Shown here: one piece after another, positions 35,197 to 47,591 of the stretch | Layout of the letters: every line of letters starts with the position of its first letter | Position numbering within the stretch: position 1 is the first letter of the stretch | Assembly (NCBI RefSeq): GCF_963921235.1 | Contig: NC_086107.1 | Coordinates: 93,312,001 to 93,376,000, forward strand | Direction: 5' to 3' | DNA length: 64,000 nucleotides | DNA from: Mobula hypostoma | Lineage: Eukaryota | Made by a program: the position numbers and the translations under genes | Notes under the pieces: generated by a model | Told to the model about the DNA's origin: nothing | Database searches by the model: none | What the model saw: the letters and a program-made list of their open reading frames with translations, nothing else

Positions 35197-35867
35197 CGGA
35201 GGGGGAGAAGATGGTGGCGTGACGGCAGCGCGCGCGGCCTCTCCGGTGAATGATATCTGTAATCTGTCAAGTAGGGGACTGTGCACAATTCTGATTTGAT
35301 GGAGACGGACGTGAGAGTACAGAGGAACATCTGGAGAAATTTCTGAAGTGCCCACTTCGCTGCCGTTGCTACTGTGTGGTAACCGGAATCTCCGGAGCAG
35401 GCGGCCCCGAATCCTCGGCTTTGCTTGTTTCAGTGGCCGGGGCGAGGTTGAAGGCGCTCGGCAGAGGATGGCACTCGGGAGGCTGTATCGGAGGGGCTAG
35501 TCGGAGGCTCGGAGTTTTCGGATGGACGGACTCAGTGTCGGCTGTGGTCAGTTGCTTCCAAGGCATCGGCAAGTTGACGGTGCCTGGAGGTTTATGGCAG
35601 GGAATTTCTCCCTTTTGCCGCCTGCTATCGGGGACTCGAGGACTTTGAGATTTTTTTTTTACCGTGCCCATGGTTTTTTCTTCATCAAATTATGCTATTG
35701 CTTTGCACTGCTGTAACTATATGTTATAATTATGTGGTTCTGTCAGTGTTAGTCTTTGGTTTGTCCTGCTTTCTGTGATATCACTCTGGAGAAACATTGT
35801 GTCATTTCTTAATGCATGTATGCGTTTCTAAATGACAATAAAAGAGGACTGAGTGTTCTCATAACCT
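35197..35867 (+). mobile_element. CpG-rich non-coding non-autonomous retroelement, copy 2
   Basis: Homologous to 7782-8374. Candidate TSD AAATAA at 35191-35196 and 35868-35873. Confidence 0.8.
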
Positions 35868-36489
35868 AAATAAGCAAAAAATATCGAGAACGTGAGATGA
35901 AGAGTTCTTGAAAGTGAGTCCATAGGTTGTGGGAATGCTTCAATGATGGAGCAAGAGACGTTATCCTCTTCGGTTCAAGAGCCTAATGGTTGAGGGGTAA
36001 TAACTGTTCATGAACCAAGTGACGTGAGTCCTGAGTCTCCTGTACTTTCTTTCTGTTGACAGCAGTGGGAAGGGAGCGTGACCTGAGTGGCGGGGGTCCC
36101 TGATGATGGATGTTGCTTTCCTGTGACAGCGTTTCATGTAGATGTGCTCAATAGTTCAATGGTTCCACTTATTATCAGAGAATGTATACAGTATACAACC
36201 TGAAATTCTTACTCTTCACAGACATCCACAAAACAGAAGAAAACCCCCAAACAATGAATGACAGAAAAACATTAGAAACCCCAAAGTCACCTTCCCTCCA
36301 CCCACGCACAGGCAGCAGCAAAGCATCGACCCTCCCCATCTCCCCTTCCCCCACTTGTTCTAGCAGGAAACATCAGCTTCCACCCCCCCCCCTGCAACCA
36401 CCCACCATGCAAGTAATGCAAAGTTTCCAAAAGGACCATGAGTAGAGTTGATCAAAAACCATAGTCCATAACCCGCTAATTCAACATGC

Positions 36490-38565
36490 CACAGTTTGGC
36501 AAAAGAATAAATCAAGGAAGGTGGTGCACCCGTGGCTGACAAGGGAAATTAGGGATAGTATCAATTCCAAAGAAGAGGCATACAAATTAGCCAGAAAAAG
36601 TGCCTCACCTGAGGACTGGGAGAAATTCAGAGTCCAGCAGAGGAGGACAAAGTGCTTAATTAGGAAGGGAAAAAAAGATAATGAGAGAAAACTGGCAGGG
36701 AACATAAAAACTGACTGTAAAAGCTCTTATAGATATGTGAAAAGAAAAAGATTGCTTAAGACAAATGTAGGTCCCCTACAGACAGAAACAGGCGAATTGA
36801 TTATGGGGAGCAAGGACATGGCAGACCAATTGAATAACTACTTTGGTTCTGTCTTCACTAAGGAGGACATAAATAATCTTCCGGAAATAGTAGGGGACAG
36901 ATGGTCCAGTGAGATGGAGGAACTGAGGGAAATACATGTTAGTAGGGAAGTGGTGTTAGGTAAATTGACGCGATTAAAGGCAGATAAATCCCCAGGGCCA
37001 GATGGTCTGCATCCCAGAGTGCTTAAGGAAGTAGCCCAAGAAATAGTGGATGCATTAGTGATAATTTTTCAAAACTCTTTAGATTCTGGACTAGTTCCTG
37101 AGGATTGGAGGGTGGCTAATGTAACCCCACTTATTAAAAAAGGAGGGAGAGAGAAACCAGGGAATTATAGACCGGTTAGCCTAACATCGGTGGTGGGGAA
37201 AATGCTAGAGTCAGTTATCAAAGATGTGATAACAGCACATTTGGAAAGCGGTGAAATCATCGGACAAAGTCAGCATGGATTTGTGAAAGGAAAATCGTGT
37301 CTGACGAATCTCATAGAATTTTTTGAGGATGTAACTAGTAGAGTGGATAGTGGATATGGTATATTTGGATTTTCAAAAGGCTTTTGACAAGGTCCCACAC
37401 AGGAGATTAGTGTGCATACTTAAAGCACACGGTATTGGGGGTAAGGTATTGATGTGGATAGAGAATTGGTTGGCAGACAGGAAACAAAGAGTGGGAATAA
37501 ATGGGACCTTTTCAGAATGGCAGGCAGTGACTAGTGGGGTACCGCAAGGCTCAGTGCTGGGACCCCAGTTGTTTACAATATATATTAATGACTTAGGTGA
37601 GGGAATTAAGTGCAGCATCTTCAAGTTTGCGGATGACACAAAGCTGGGTGGCAGTATTAGCTGTGAGGAGGATGCTAAGAGGATGCAGGGTGACTTGGAT
37701 AGCTTAGGTGAGTTGGCAAATTCATGGCAGATGCAATTTAATGTGGATAAATGTGAGGTTATCCACTTTGGTGGCAAAAACAGGAAAACAGATTATTACC
37801 TGAATGGTGGCCGATTAGGAAAAGGGGAGGTACAACGAGACCTGGGTGTCTTTATACACCAGTCATTGAAAGTGGGCATGCAGGTACAGCAGGCGGTGAA
37901 AAAGGCGAATGGTATGTTGGCATTCATAGCAAGAGGATTCGAGGACAGGAGCAGGGAGGTACTACTGCAGTTGTACAAGGCCTTGGTGAGACCACACCTG
38001 GAATATTGTGTGCTGTTTTGGTCCCCTAATCTGAGGAAAGACATCCTTGCCATAGAGGGAGTACAAAGAAGGTTCACCAGATTGATTCCTGGGATGGCAG
38101 GACTTTCATATGATGAAAGACTGGATCAACTAGGCTTATACTCATTGGAATTTAGAAGATTGAGGGGAGATCTTATTGAAACGTATAAAATCCTAAAGGG
38201 ATTGGACAGGCTATATGCAGGAAGATTGTTCCCGATGTTGGGGAAGTCCAGAACGAGGGGTCACAGTCTGAGGATAAAGGGGAAGCCTTTCAGGACCGAG
38301 ATTAGGAAAAACTTCTTCAAACAGAGAATGGTGAATCTGTAGAATTTTCTGCCACAGGAAACAGTTGAGTCCAGTTCATTGGCTATATTTAAGAGGGAGT
38401 TAGATATGGCCCTTGTGGCTAAAGGGATCAGGGGGTATGGAGAGAAGGCAGGTACAGGGTTCTGAGTTGGATGATCAGCCATGATCGTACTGAATGGCGG
38501 TGCAGGCTCGAAGGGCCGAATGGCCTACTCCTGCACCTATTTTCTATGTTTCTATGTTTCTATGT
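36490..38565 (+). mobile_element. Young 5'-truncated CR1 LINE (RT), frameshifted
   Basis: ORFs 36521-37387 and 37350-38342 with [10 protein letters not shown] and KFADD. An 11-bp deletion near 37350 relative to the 43590 copy. (ttctatgt)n tail. Confidence 0.97.
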
Positions 38566-39610
38566 ACGGTGGGGAGGGCTTTATCCATGATGGACTGGGC
38601 CATATCCACTTCTTTTTGTAGGATTTGTCTTTCAATGGCATTAGTGTTGTCAGACCAGGCTGTCGATATACTCTCCTCTGCATATCTACAGAACCTTCTC
38701 AATCTCCCAGTGAAATATAGCTGCTGGAATGCCTTCTTCATAACTGCATCAATATGTTGGCTTCTGAATAAATCTTCAGCAATGTAGACACACAGGAACT
38801 TGAAGCTGCTCACTCTTTCTACTGCCTACCTTTCGATGAGACTGGTGTGTGTTCTCGAGACTATCTCTTTATAGCTTTGTGGCTGTTTATCGCTCCCCAG
38901 TAATCCAGCAGCCTGAAGTATTTGGTCTTTATGTCCTCTGCATTAAAAGCATTTCTGTGGTTGAAGTCCTGCTGTGCAATATTAGCAAGGAATGTCAGCA
39001 TGATCATATCAAATTCCCTAGTCTGATAATTTAACAAGAGCAATTTGCATTTATATGATGCTTATAGCATACAATAATGTCCTGAGGCACTTCAGAGGAG
39101 CATTATCAGATAAAATTTGACAGTGAACCAGAGACATTTTGAGAGGGGACCAAAAGCTGGTTAAAGCACAGTAGGGCACCGAAGAGTGCGGTAGAGAAAA
39201 GGGAGCTGATCAAGTAGACCAGTCCAGGTAAGGACAGAAGATTTAGAACACCAGTGAATCTGTTGGCAGATGGAGTACAGCATAGGGAAGTGTATGGCCA
39301 TGAATTTTGGTAGAAGGAATAAAAGCATATTTTTTTAAACGGGAGAGAATTCGGAATCGCTCATTGTAGAGTTAATTGACAATGGATAATAGTATCCTCT
39401 TGACAAGTATTCAAAGTAAATTTATTATTAAAGTACATCAATGTCACCAAATACTAACCTGACATTCATTTTCTTGCGGACATTCATAGTAAATACAAAG
39501 AAACACAATAGAATCAGTGAAAAACTGCACACAGAAAGACAGACGTACAATCGCCAATCAACTAATTGTGTTGTCCATTAAGGGATAAAACGTTGGCAAA
39601 GGTGCACAGG

Positions 39611-39800
39611 GGATCGTCTCTCCTGTTCTATGAAACACGACCATGGGATCTGATGAGGCAATCAGGTCTCAAAGGATCATTTCTTTGGTTCTATGAAACA
39701 CAACCATGGGACCTGAGGGGCAAGCAGGTCTCAACGGGTAGTCCATGCCGGTCTGTGAAACACAGCCATGGGATTTGAGGAGCAGACAGGTCTCAAAGGT
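39611..39800. repeat. Three tandem copies of a 62-63 bp unit
   Basis: TGAAACAC...CCATGGGA...CAGGTCTCAA recurs with anchors at 39628, 39691 and 39753. Confidence 0.9.
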
Positions 39801-40901
39801 ACCAAGGCCGGTGTGCCACCTCATCGGTGCAATAAACAAGGTGCTGTGGAGCTGAGCACCCTGATCAGCATCTGTGGTGGGGGGGGTCGCGCCAAACATA
39901 GAACAAAGAGTAATACCCCATATTACAGGTCTTTCAGCCGCTGACGTTAAGTTGACTATTTTATCCACTCCAAGGTCGAACGAACGCTTTCGTCCCACAT
40001 AGCTCCCCACTTATTTTTCACCCATCTTAAATATCCCTCGTGTATCTGCCTCTACCACCACCTCTGGCAGGGTGGTGCATGCACTCACCTCTCTCTCAGT
40101 AAAAAACTTACCTCTACCTCCCTTCCCCCCTATACGTTCCTCTGATCACCTTAAAATTACGCCCCCTTGTATTAGTCATTTCCACCCTGGGAAAAAGTCT
40201 CTAGCCGTCCACTCTATCTACACTTTATATCATCTTATACTCCTCTATCACTTCACTTCTCATCCTCCTTTACTCTGAAGAGCAAAGCCCTGGCTCACTC
40301 AACCTATCCTCATGAGATGTGCTCTCTAATCCAATAAGCATCCTGGCAAATCTCCTTTGCACCCTCTCTAAAGCTTCTAAATCCTTCCTATAATGAGGCA
40401 ACTAAAACTGAACATAATATTCCAAGTGTGGTCTGACCAGGGTTTGATAGATGTGTAACGTTACCCCATGGCTCTTGAACTCAGTAGGGTTTTAGAGTTA
40501 CGCAGTAATACGGCATAAAAAAAACGCCCACGATTAGTAAGGGTATCAAAGGTTATGAGGAGAAGGCAGGAAAATGAGTTCGAAAGGGATAAAAAGAAAT
40601 CAGCCATGATGGAAAAACAGAGCAGACTCGATGGGCTAAATGGCCTTATTCTGCTCCAATGTCCTCTTCTCATTACTACCATCAGGAAGGAGGTACAGGA
40701 GCCTGAAGACACACACTCAACATTTTAGGAACAGCATCTTCCATCTGACTTCTGAACGGAAGATGAACCCTTCCTTATTTTTTGCTCTCTTTCTGGTCTG
40801 TTGAATTTTCTCAGTATTTCCCATTATAACTTATGGTACCTTTATTGTATTGCGCTGTTCAGCTGCCGCCAAGCAACAAATTTCACGACATATTTATGTA
40901 A

Positions 40902-41199
40902 GCATCCGTTAGTCTCATGAGACCATGGATTTGTGCCTTGGAAAGTTTTCAGGGCGCAGGCCTGGGCAAGGTTGTATGGAAGACCAGCAGTTGCCCATGC
41001 TGCAAGTCTCCCCTCTCCACACCACCGATGTTGTCCAAGGGAAGGGCATTAGGACCCACACAGCTTGGCACCGGTGTCGTCGCAGAGCAATGTGTGGTTA
41101 AGTGCCTTGCTCAAGGACACAACACGCTGCCTCAGCTGAGGCTCGAACTAGCGACCTTCAGATAACCAGACCGATGCCTTAACCACTTGGCCACGTGCC
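40902..41199 (-). mobile_element. tRNA-derived SINE, copy 3
   Basis: Full-length reverse complement of copy 1, retaining more CpGs (B-box AGTTCGAGCC). Confidence 0.9.
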
Positions 41200-42866
41200 A
41201 ACACCACGGATAATAAAGCTGATCCTGATTCTAATTCTGAGATGGTGAGAATCACATTGGGTTCAGCAGAGGCTTTGCAACTCAGACGGCTCTTTGCTCA
41301 GGGTTCCCTCGTCAGTATCATCTGAACCATGCCACCCTAGGGGAGTGCTGCACTGTCAGAAGGAGCAAACGTTCCAACAATTGAACAAACCGAGAGTTCA
41401 CCTTCCTCGGCCTCACTACTGCGTTTTCCAAGGAAGTTGCCCCTTCTTGACATTTGCCTAAAGACCGGCGAGTCAGGCCGTCACCATTCCTCGTGCTTCC
41501 AGATGAATATTCTGGCTACTTCATGTGTACGAAGCCATTTAATGGCAACCTTATCCACCATAACACAGAAATAAGAGAGCTTATATTATCAGGAGAGACC
41601 GAGTAGGCTGGGTCTGTTTTCCAAAGTGTGAAGGAGGCTGAGAGGTGTCATAGAGTCAAGGGTTGGAGAGCACTACAGCTCAGAAACAGGACTTTTGACT
41701 CATCTGATCTATGTTCAGCTGTTATCGTGTTACTCCCATTGACCTCCAATTGGACCATAACCATCCATGAACTTATCCAAACTTCTCTTAAACGTTACAA
41801 TCGAACCAATATCCACCAGCTCCACTGGCAGCTCGTGCCATGATCTCACCATCTTCTGAGTGAAAGCGTTCTCCATCAGGTTCCCCTTAAAAATTACACC
41901 TTTCACCCCTTAATGTATCTCCTCTAGTTCTAGTCTCACCCAACTTCACTTGAAAAAGTCTGCTTACATTTACTCAATCTATACCCCTAACCTTTAAATA
42001 CCTAACCTATTTGACCTATCCCTATAACTCAGATCAAGTCCCAGCAACATCCTTGTAAATTGTCTCTATACTCTTTCAATCTTTCCTGTAGGTAGGTGAC
42101 TAGAATGAGCCACATGCCTAGTAGCAGGTAGGTGACATGATAGAGGCCTATCCAATAATGAGAGACATAGATGGAATGCAGAGGTCTGGCTCCCAAGGTA
42201 GGAGTGTTTAAAATTGGATGGCACAGGTTTAATGTGAAAAGGAGGAGATTTAGAGGGGTACATTTTTCACACAAAGAGTAAGCGGTGTCTGGAAGATACC
42301 TGCCAGAGGAGGTGGTGGAGGCAGGAACAGGAACAACGTTTAAGAGCCGTTGGGACAAGCAGTTGGAAGAGCGACAAGTGATCTGCTGGAGGAACTCAAC
42401 GGATCGAGCAGCATCTGAGGGAGGGGAACAAAACTGTCAATGAATCAGGTCAAGACACTGAATCATGATGGAATGAGCACGGCAAAGAGAGACGCAGAAT
42501 TAAAGATGGCAGGTAGTATTAGAAGAGAAAGGTGCGATGGTCACCATGGACCTGGTGGGCTGAAGGGCATGTTTCGAGATTGTATGATTCTGCAAATTCC
42601 CTCCAGCCACTCAGTACCCTCCACCACCTTCTTTACTGCCTGGATTAATACTTTCCCTCTTCTGATGAACGTTCAAGTTCACGTTCCAGTTTATTGTCAT
42701 TCAGCTGTACACACGTATACATCTAAACAAAACAATGTTCCTCTGGGACCAAAATGCAAAACACAGTACAAAAATCACACACAGCATATAAAATAATATT
42801 AACACAATAATGGTAACAGATACAGAAGTATTCTGTAGATGTACAAGTTGACATAAAGTGTATATC

Positions 42867-43354
42867 CAGTACTGTGCAGGAGTCTTAGGTACATAGATAT
42901 ATCTAGGGTACCGTAGACTTTTTCATGGTACGTGGAGCAGAGAACGAGCTTGTAAATCTAGTGGGAACAAAGGATGTTGGGAATGGTGAAGGTGGAGCAC
43001 TGTGGGAGGGGCATGGGACAAGTGGCAGAGATGGACTGCCGGAGGTGGGGGGGGGGGGCGTGATGCAAGTGTAGACGCCCCAGTTCTGAGACACCAGGCA
43101 AGGTCATTTGATTCCAACTAATTGGTTTATTGATCATTACAGAATGTCTCTCTGGTGCTTCCTGCTCCCTTCCCCTTTTCCCAACCATAATTCTCCTCTC
43201 CCTGTCCCCTACCCACTCTCAGTCCACAACAGAGACCCATATCAGAATCAGGTTTATCATCACTCACATGTGTTATGAAATTTGTTTTCTTTTGCAGCAG
43301 CAGTACAGTGAAATATATACAATTACTGCAGTACTGTGCAAAAGCCTTAGGCAC
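42867..43354 (+). mobile_element. Composite Tc1-type MITE, copy 3 (last TIR missing)
   Basis: Colinear with 8536-9030. It stops in the middle of the right mini-hairpin, where the R4-type element begins. Confidence 0.8.
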
Positions 43355-43361
43355 TTATACT

Positions 43362-45480
43362 CTCACCCCTTAATGGTGCTGTGTACATATATTTTTCCCT
43401 CAGTCTCAGGTCATCTACCAGAGGCCTAGGAGCTTGTGGGTTTGGTGCAGTATCCTCGCTGTTCCTAGTCGTGCGCTCTTCTGAACCGAGATCTCAGATG
43501 TTGTTCCCGGAATTTACTGGAGCCACTCTCTCAGTCTACGTGTCACAGCTCCAAGTGCCCCTATCACCACCAGGATTACCCCGGTTTTAACATAGAAACA
43601 TAGAAAATAGGTGCAGGAGTAGGCCATTCGGCCCTTCGAGCCTGCACTGCCATTCAGTATGATCATGGCTGATCATCCAACTCAGAACCCTGTACCATCC
43701 TTCCCTCCATACCCCCTGATCCCTTTAGCCACAAGGGCCATATCTAACTCCCTCTTAAATATAGCCAATGAACTGGCCTCAACTGTTTCCTGTGGCAGAA
43801 AATTCCACAGATTCACCATTCTCTGTGTGAAGCAGTTTTTCCTCATCTTGGTCCTGAAAGGCTTCCCCTTTATCCTCAAGCTGTGACCCCTCGTTCTGGA
43901 CTTCCCCAACATCGGGAACAATCTTCCTGCATCTAGCCTGTGCAATCCCTTTAGGATTTTATACGTTTCAATAAGATCCCCCCTCAATCTTCTAAATTCC
44001 ATTGAGTATAAGCCTAGTCGATCCAGTCTTTCATCATATGAAAGTCCTGCTATCCCAGGAATCAATCTGGTGAACCTTCTTTGTACTCCCTCTATGGCAA
44101 GGATGTCTTTCCTCAGATTAGGGGACCAAAACTGCACACAATACTCCAGGTGTGGTCTCACCAAGGCCTTGTACAACTGCAGTAGTACCTCCCTGCTCCT
44201 GTCCTCGAATCCTCTTGCTATGAATGCCAGCATACCATTCGCCTTTTTCACCGCCTGCTGTACCTGCATGCCCACTTTCAATGACTGGTGTATAAAGACA
44301 CTCAGGTCTCATTGCACCTCCCCTTTTCCTAATCGGCCACCATTCATATATTAATCTGTTTTCCTGTTTTTGCCACCAAAGTGGATAATCTCACATTTAT
44401 CCACATTAAATTGCATCTGCCATGAATTTGCCCACTCACCTAACCTATCCAAGTCACCCTGCATCCTCTTAGCGTTCTCCTCTCAGCTAACACTGCCGCC
44501 CAGCTTCGTGTCATCCGCGAACTTGGAGATGCTGCACTTAATTCCCTCATCTAAGTCATTAATATATATTGTAAACAACTGGGGTCCCAGCACTGAGCCT
44601 TGCGGTACCCCACTAGTCACTGCCTGCCATTCTGAAAAGGTCCCATTTATTCCCACTCTTTGCTTCCTGTCTGCCAAACAATTCTCTATCCACATCAATA
44701 CCTTACCCCCAATACCGTGTGCTTTAAGTTTGCACACTAATCTCCTGTGTGGGACCTTGTCAAAAGCCCTTTGAAAATCCAAATATACCACATCCACTGG
44801 TTCTCCCCTAACCACTCTACTAGTTACATCCTCAAAAAATTCTATAAGATTCGTTAGACATGATTTTCCTTTCACAAATCCATGCTGACTTTGTCCGATG
44901 ATTTCACCGCTTTCCAAATGTGCTGTTATCACATCTTCGATAACTGACTCCAGCAGTTTCCCCACCACCGATGTTAGGCTAACCGGTCTATAATTCCCCG
45001 GTTTCTCTCTCTCTCCTTTTTTAAAAAGTGGGGCTACATTAGCCATCCTCCAATCCTCAGGAACTAGTCCAGAATCTAAGGAGTTTTGAAAAATTATCAT
45101 TAATGCAAACTTCCACATCTTTTCTATCTGCTCTTTCAAGCCCTGATATTTCAACAGCTTCTCATATTCTTCCTTCCTGATGCTGCCGTCATTCGGGATT
45201 GCCACATCTATTACAATGCTTTCTTCTGTTCCTTGTCCAGTATTACTACATCTAGTTGGTTGGCCAGTGTCTGCTTATCGGTCTGTATTTGGAAATCCCA
45301 CAGGATCTTGGCTTTGTCTTTCTCCACCACCTCCTCTGGTGTTCCTCATCTGGACTTGGGAGTGTCCAATCCATAGGTGTTCCTGTACACAATTCCTGCA
45401 ACTTGGTTGTGCCATTCAGTGTATGCTGTATTCCTTGCACAGTCTGCATCCTGGGTCTTGTCTGGTGTGGTAGACCCTGG
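43362..45480 (-). mobile_element. R4/Dong/Rex6-clade non-LTR retrotransposon 3' fragment (Zn-knuckle remnant and restriction-like endonuclease), split by CR1
   Basis: GVYHTRQDPGCRLCKE, HNQVAGIVYRN and [33 protein letters not shown] (45108-45480), continuing VVIGALGAVT...PGTTSEISVQKSARLGTARIL...GLW* (about 43410-43589). Confidence 0.85.
43590..45107 (-). mobile_element. Young 5'-truncated CR1 LINE, same subfamily as 36490-38565
   Basis: ORFs 44483-45205 (CR1 part) and 43682-44281 are nearly identical in translation to the plus copy. Confidence 0.97.
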
Positions 45481-45488
45481 TATATATA

Positions 45489-45532
<44 letters not shown>
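45481..45532. repeat. (TA)n(GT)n microsatellite
   Basis: Seen directly. Confidence 0.98.
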
Positions 45533-45533
<1 letters not shown>

Positions 45534-45949
45534 CAGGGTGTTCAGAAGCCTCACAGACTGGGGGAGGATGGCTTCCTCTCTCCACAGACACTGATTGACC
45601 TGCCGACTGTTCCTGGAGTTATCTGATTTCATTCCCGACTCACTGTACATTGGCAGGAAAGAAGTTTTCCTTGTCCCCTCAGGGACCTTCCCTGCCTGCT
45701 CTACCAAGGCCACCAGGGCTTGGCTGGCTGGATATTTGCCCCATTAGCTTTGCTGGATTCTTCTATGCATTTAAGGCAATTTTACTGCGAGACCAGACAA
45801 AGTCTACCCAACACAGCCGTGCACGATTTTGCTTTCAGAAGCAACACACACGAAACGCTCGAGGAACTCAGCACGTCAGGCAACATCAATGGAAAGGAAT
45901 GAAGAGTGACGTTCTGGGCCGAGAACCTCGGTCGGATTTCTGAATTAAT

Positions 45950-46764
45950 TTCACTGGGTCTCGGTGCGTTAGCATTTCACCGACTGCCCCACAAAACGGC
46001 AGGACAATTACGTGGCGCACGTAACTAAGAGCCCCGTATTTAAATGCATAAAGATCCTAGGACATTTTGAAGGTCCGAATGCTGTGACTTCTCTGCCTCA
46101 CATTACGGTAGAGGCAGAAAGCTCCATGCCAGCGATTCGGTTCTGTATCTTACTGCTGTGTTTGGCTTCCTGCAGAGGTAGACTGGACAGCAGCCATCCA
46201 GAGACGAGAGAGAGAGTGGTGAGGGAGGGAAGGGGAGAGAAGCGACCTTCTCCCCCTCCACTGGGGTTGTGTCCTCTCTACCACTGCTCCGGCTCCCCAC
46301 CGGACCCGGCGAACTCGTGGGTTGCGGCCGCGGCGCTGCCGCTTGGGATCGGATGGAAAACGCAGCCCAGCCCGAGGGGGTGTGAAGTGCACGCGTAATA
46401 ACCGAGTGGGGCAAAGGGGGGAGAGAGAGCAAAAAAAAAACATCCGCAGTGAGAAGGGAGCAAGAGAAGGAGGAACAACGGGCTGGCGAGCAGTGGGAAT
46501 CGCCTTGGGCATGTGAGTACAGACAACGGCATTCGATTGTGCATCCACTCGTGTCGTTGAGCGTTCATCTCTGAAGGTTTTATATATATAAATATATCAG
46601 AATGACTCCCTCCCTTTTAATACATCGAGGGCAATGGGTGTACTGTGGTTTCCACAGGGTAAAGGTTCTGACCTTTATGTAAAGGACGGTCCGGGAATTG
46701 GATTTGTAGGAATCCAATTCTTCTTCGGAGGAAAGGGGGTGGGTGTCACAGAGAGGCACAGAGC

Positions 46765-46796
<32 letters not shown>

Positions 46797-47077
46797 AGAT
46801 GTACAGAAACACACAGGGAGAGGGGAAGGCAGTGAATGGACAGAGCGAAGTTGGCAGAGCGATGAAGCCAAGGCGCCCACCTTCCCGTGAGGAACGGCTG
46901 CGACACGGGAGAGGGTGAGCAAGTGAGAATAGAGTTAGAAACAGGGACCGAGAGGGAGGGGGTACAGAATCAGACGCAGAGGACACTCGTTATTGGGAAA
47001 CATAGACGAGGATACCTGATCTCACACACACACAGAGTCAGGAAAAAATACAGACAGACATGAACGTAGGTATGGGA

Positions 47078-47112
<35 letters not shown>

Positions 47113-47535
47113 CATATTAACAGATAATTTACCACACAGACACATATACACACTGTCACACACACACTTACAAATTGCCACACATACGCACAGTCATACA
47201 CAATCAAAAACACACACATTGGCAGACAGATTACCACACAGATACAGTCATACACAATCTCTCTCTCTCTTTCACACACACACAGTCTGGAAAAAATACA
47301 GAGAGACATGAACGTAGGTATGGGAAAGGACACACACACACACACACACACACGGACACAGACACAGACACATAGAAACATATTAACAGGTAATTTACCA
47401 CACAGACACATATACACACTGTCTCACACACACACTTACAAATTGCCACACATACGCACAGTCACACACAATCAGAAACACACACATTGGCGGACAGATT
47501 ACCACACAGACACAGTCATACACAATCTCTCTCTC

Positions 47536-47591
<56 letters not shown>

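Larger units (their letters stand above)
34840..38850 (-). mobile_element. Rex1-like fragments hosting several insertions (35197-35867, about 36153-36487, 36490-38565)
   Basis: Host sequence ...gtagatgtgctcaat at 36152 resumes as ggtggggagggcttta at about 38568, as it runs uninterrupted at 9731-9765. Confidence 0.7.

Noticed and set aside
36521..38342. Longest ORFs (288 and 330 aa) as a host gene or active RT
   Set aside because: They are a 5'-truncated, frameshifted CR1 ORF2 lacking the endonuclease.
39611..39800. CRISPR-like array or tandem hammerheads (CTGATGA at 39650, GAAAC in each unit)
   Set aside because: Whole units are homologous, with no unique spacers and no cas genes. The boxes lack helix II/GAAA geometry and CTGATGA occurs in one unit only.
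44483..45205. Novel endonuclease-RT fusion protein
   Set aside because: A chance in-frame junction at 45107 between an R4-type fragment and an inserted CR1.
46278..46568. Minus-strand signal-peptide ORF (MNAQRHEW...LFLLLLLPSHC)
   Set aside because: The hydrophobic run is what the complement of a GA-rich tract encodes. There is no good donor after it and no recognisable homology. Not fully excluded.
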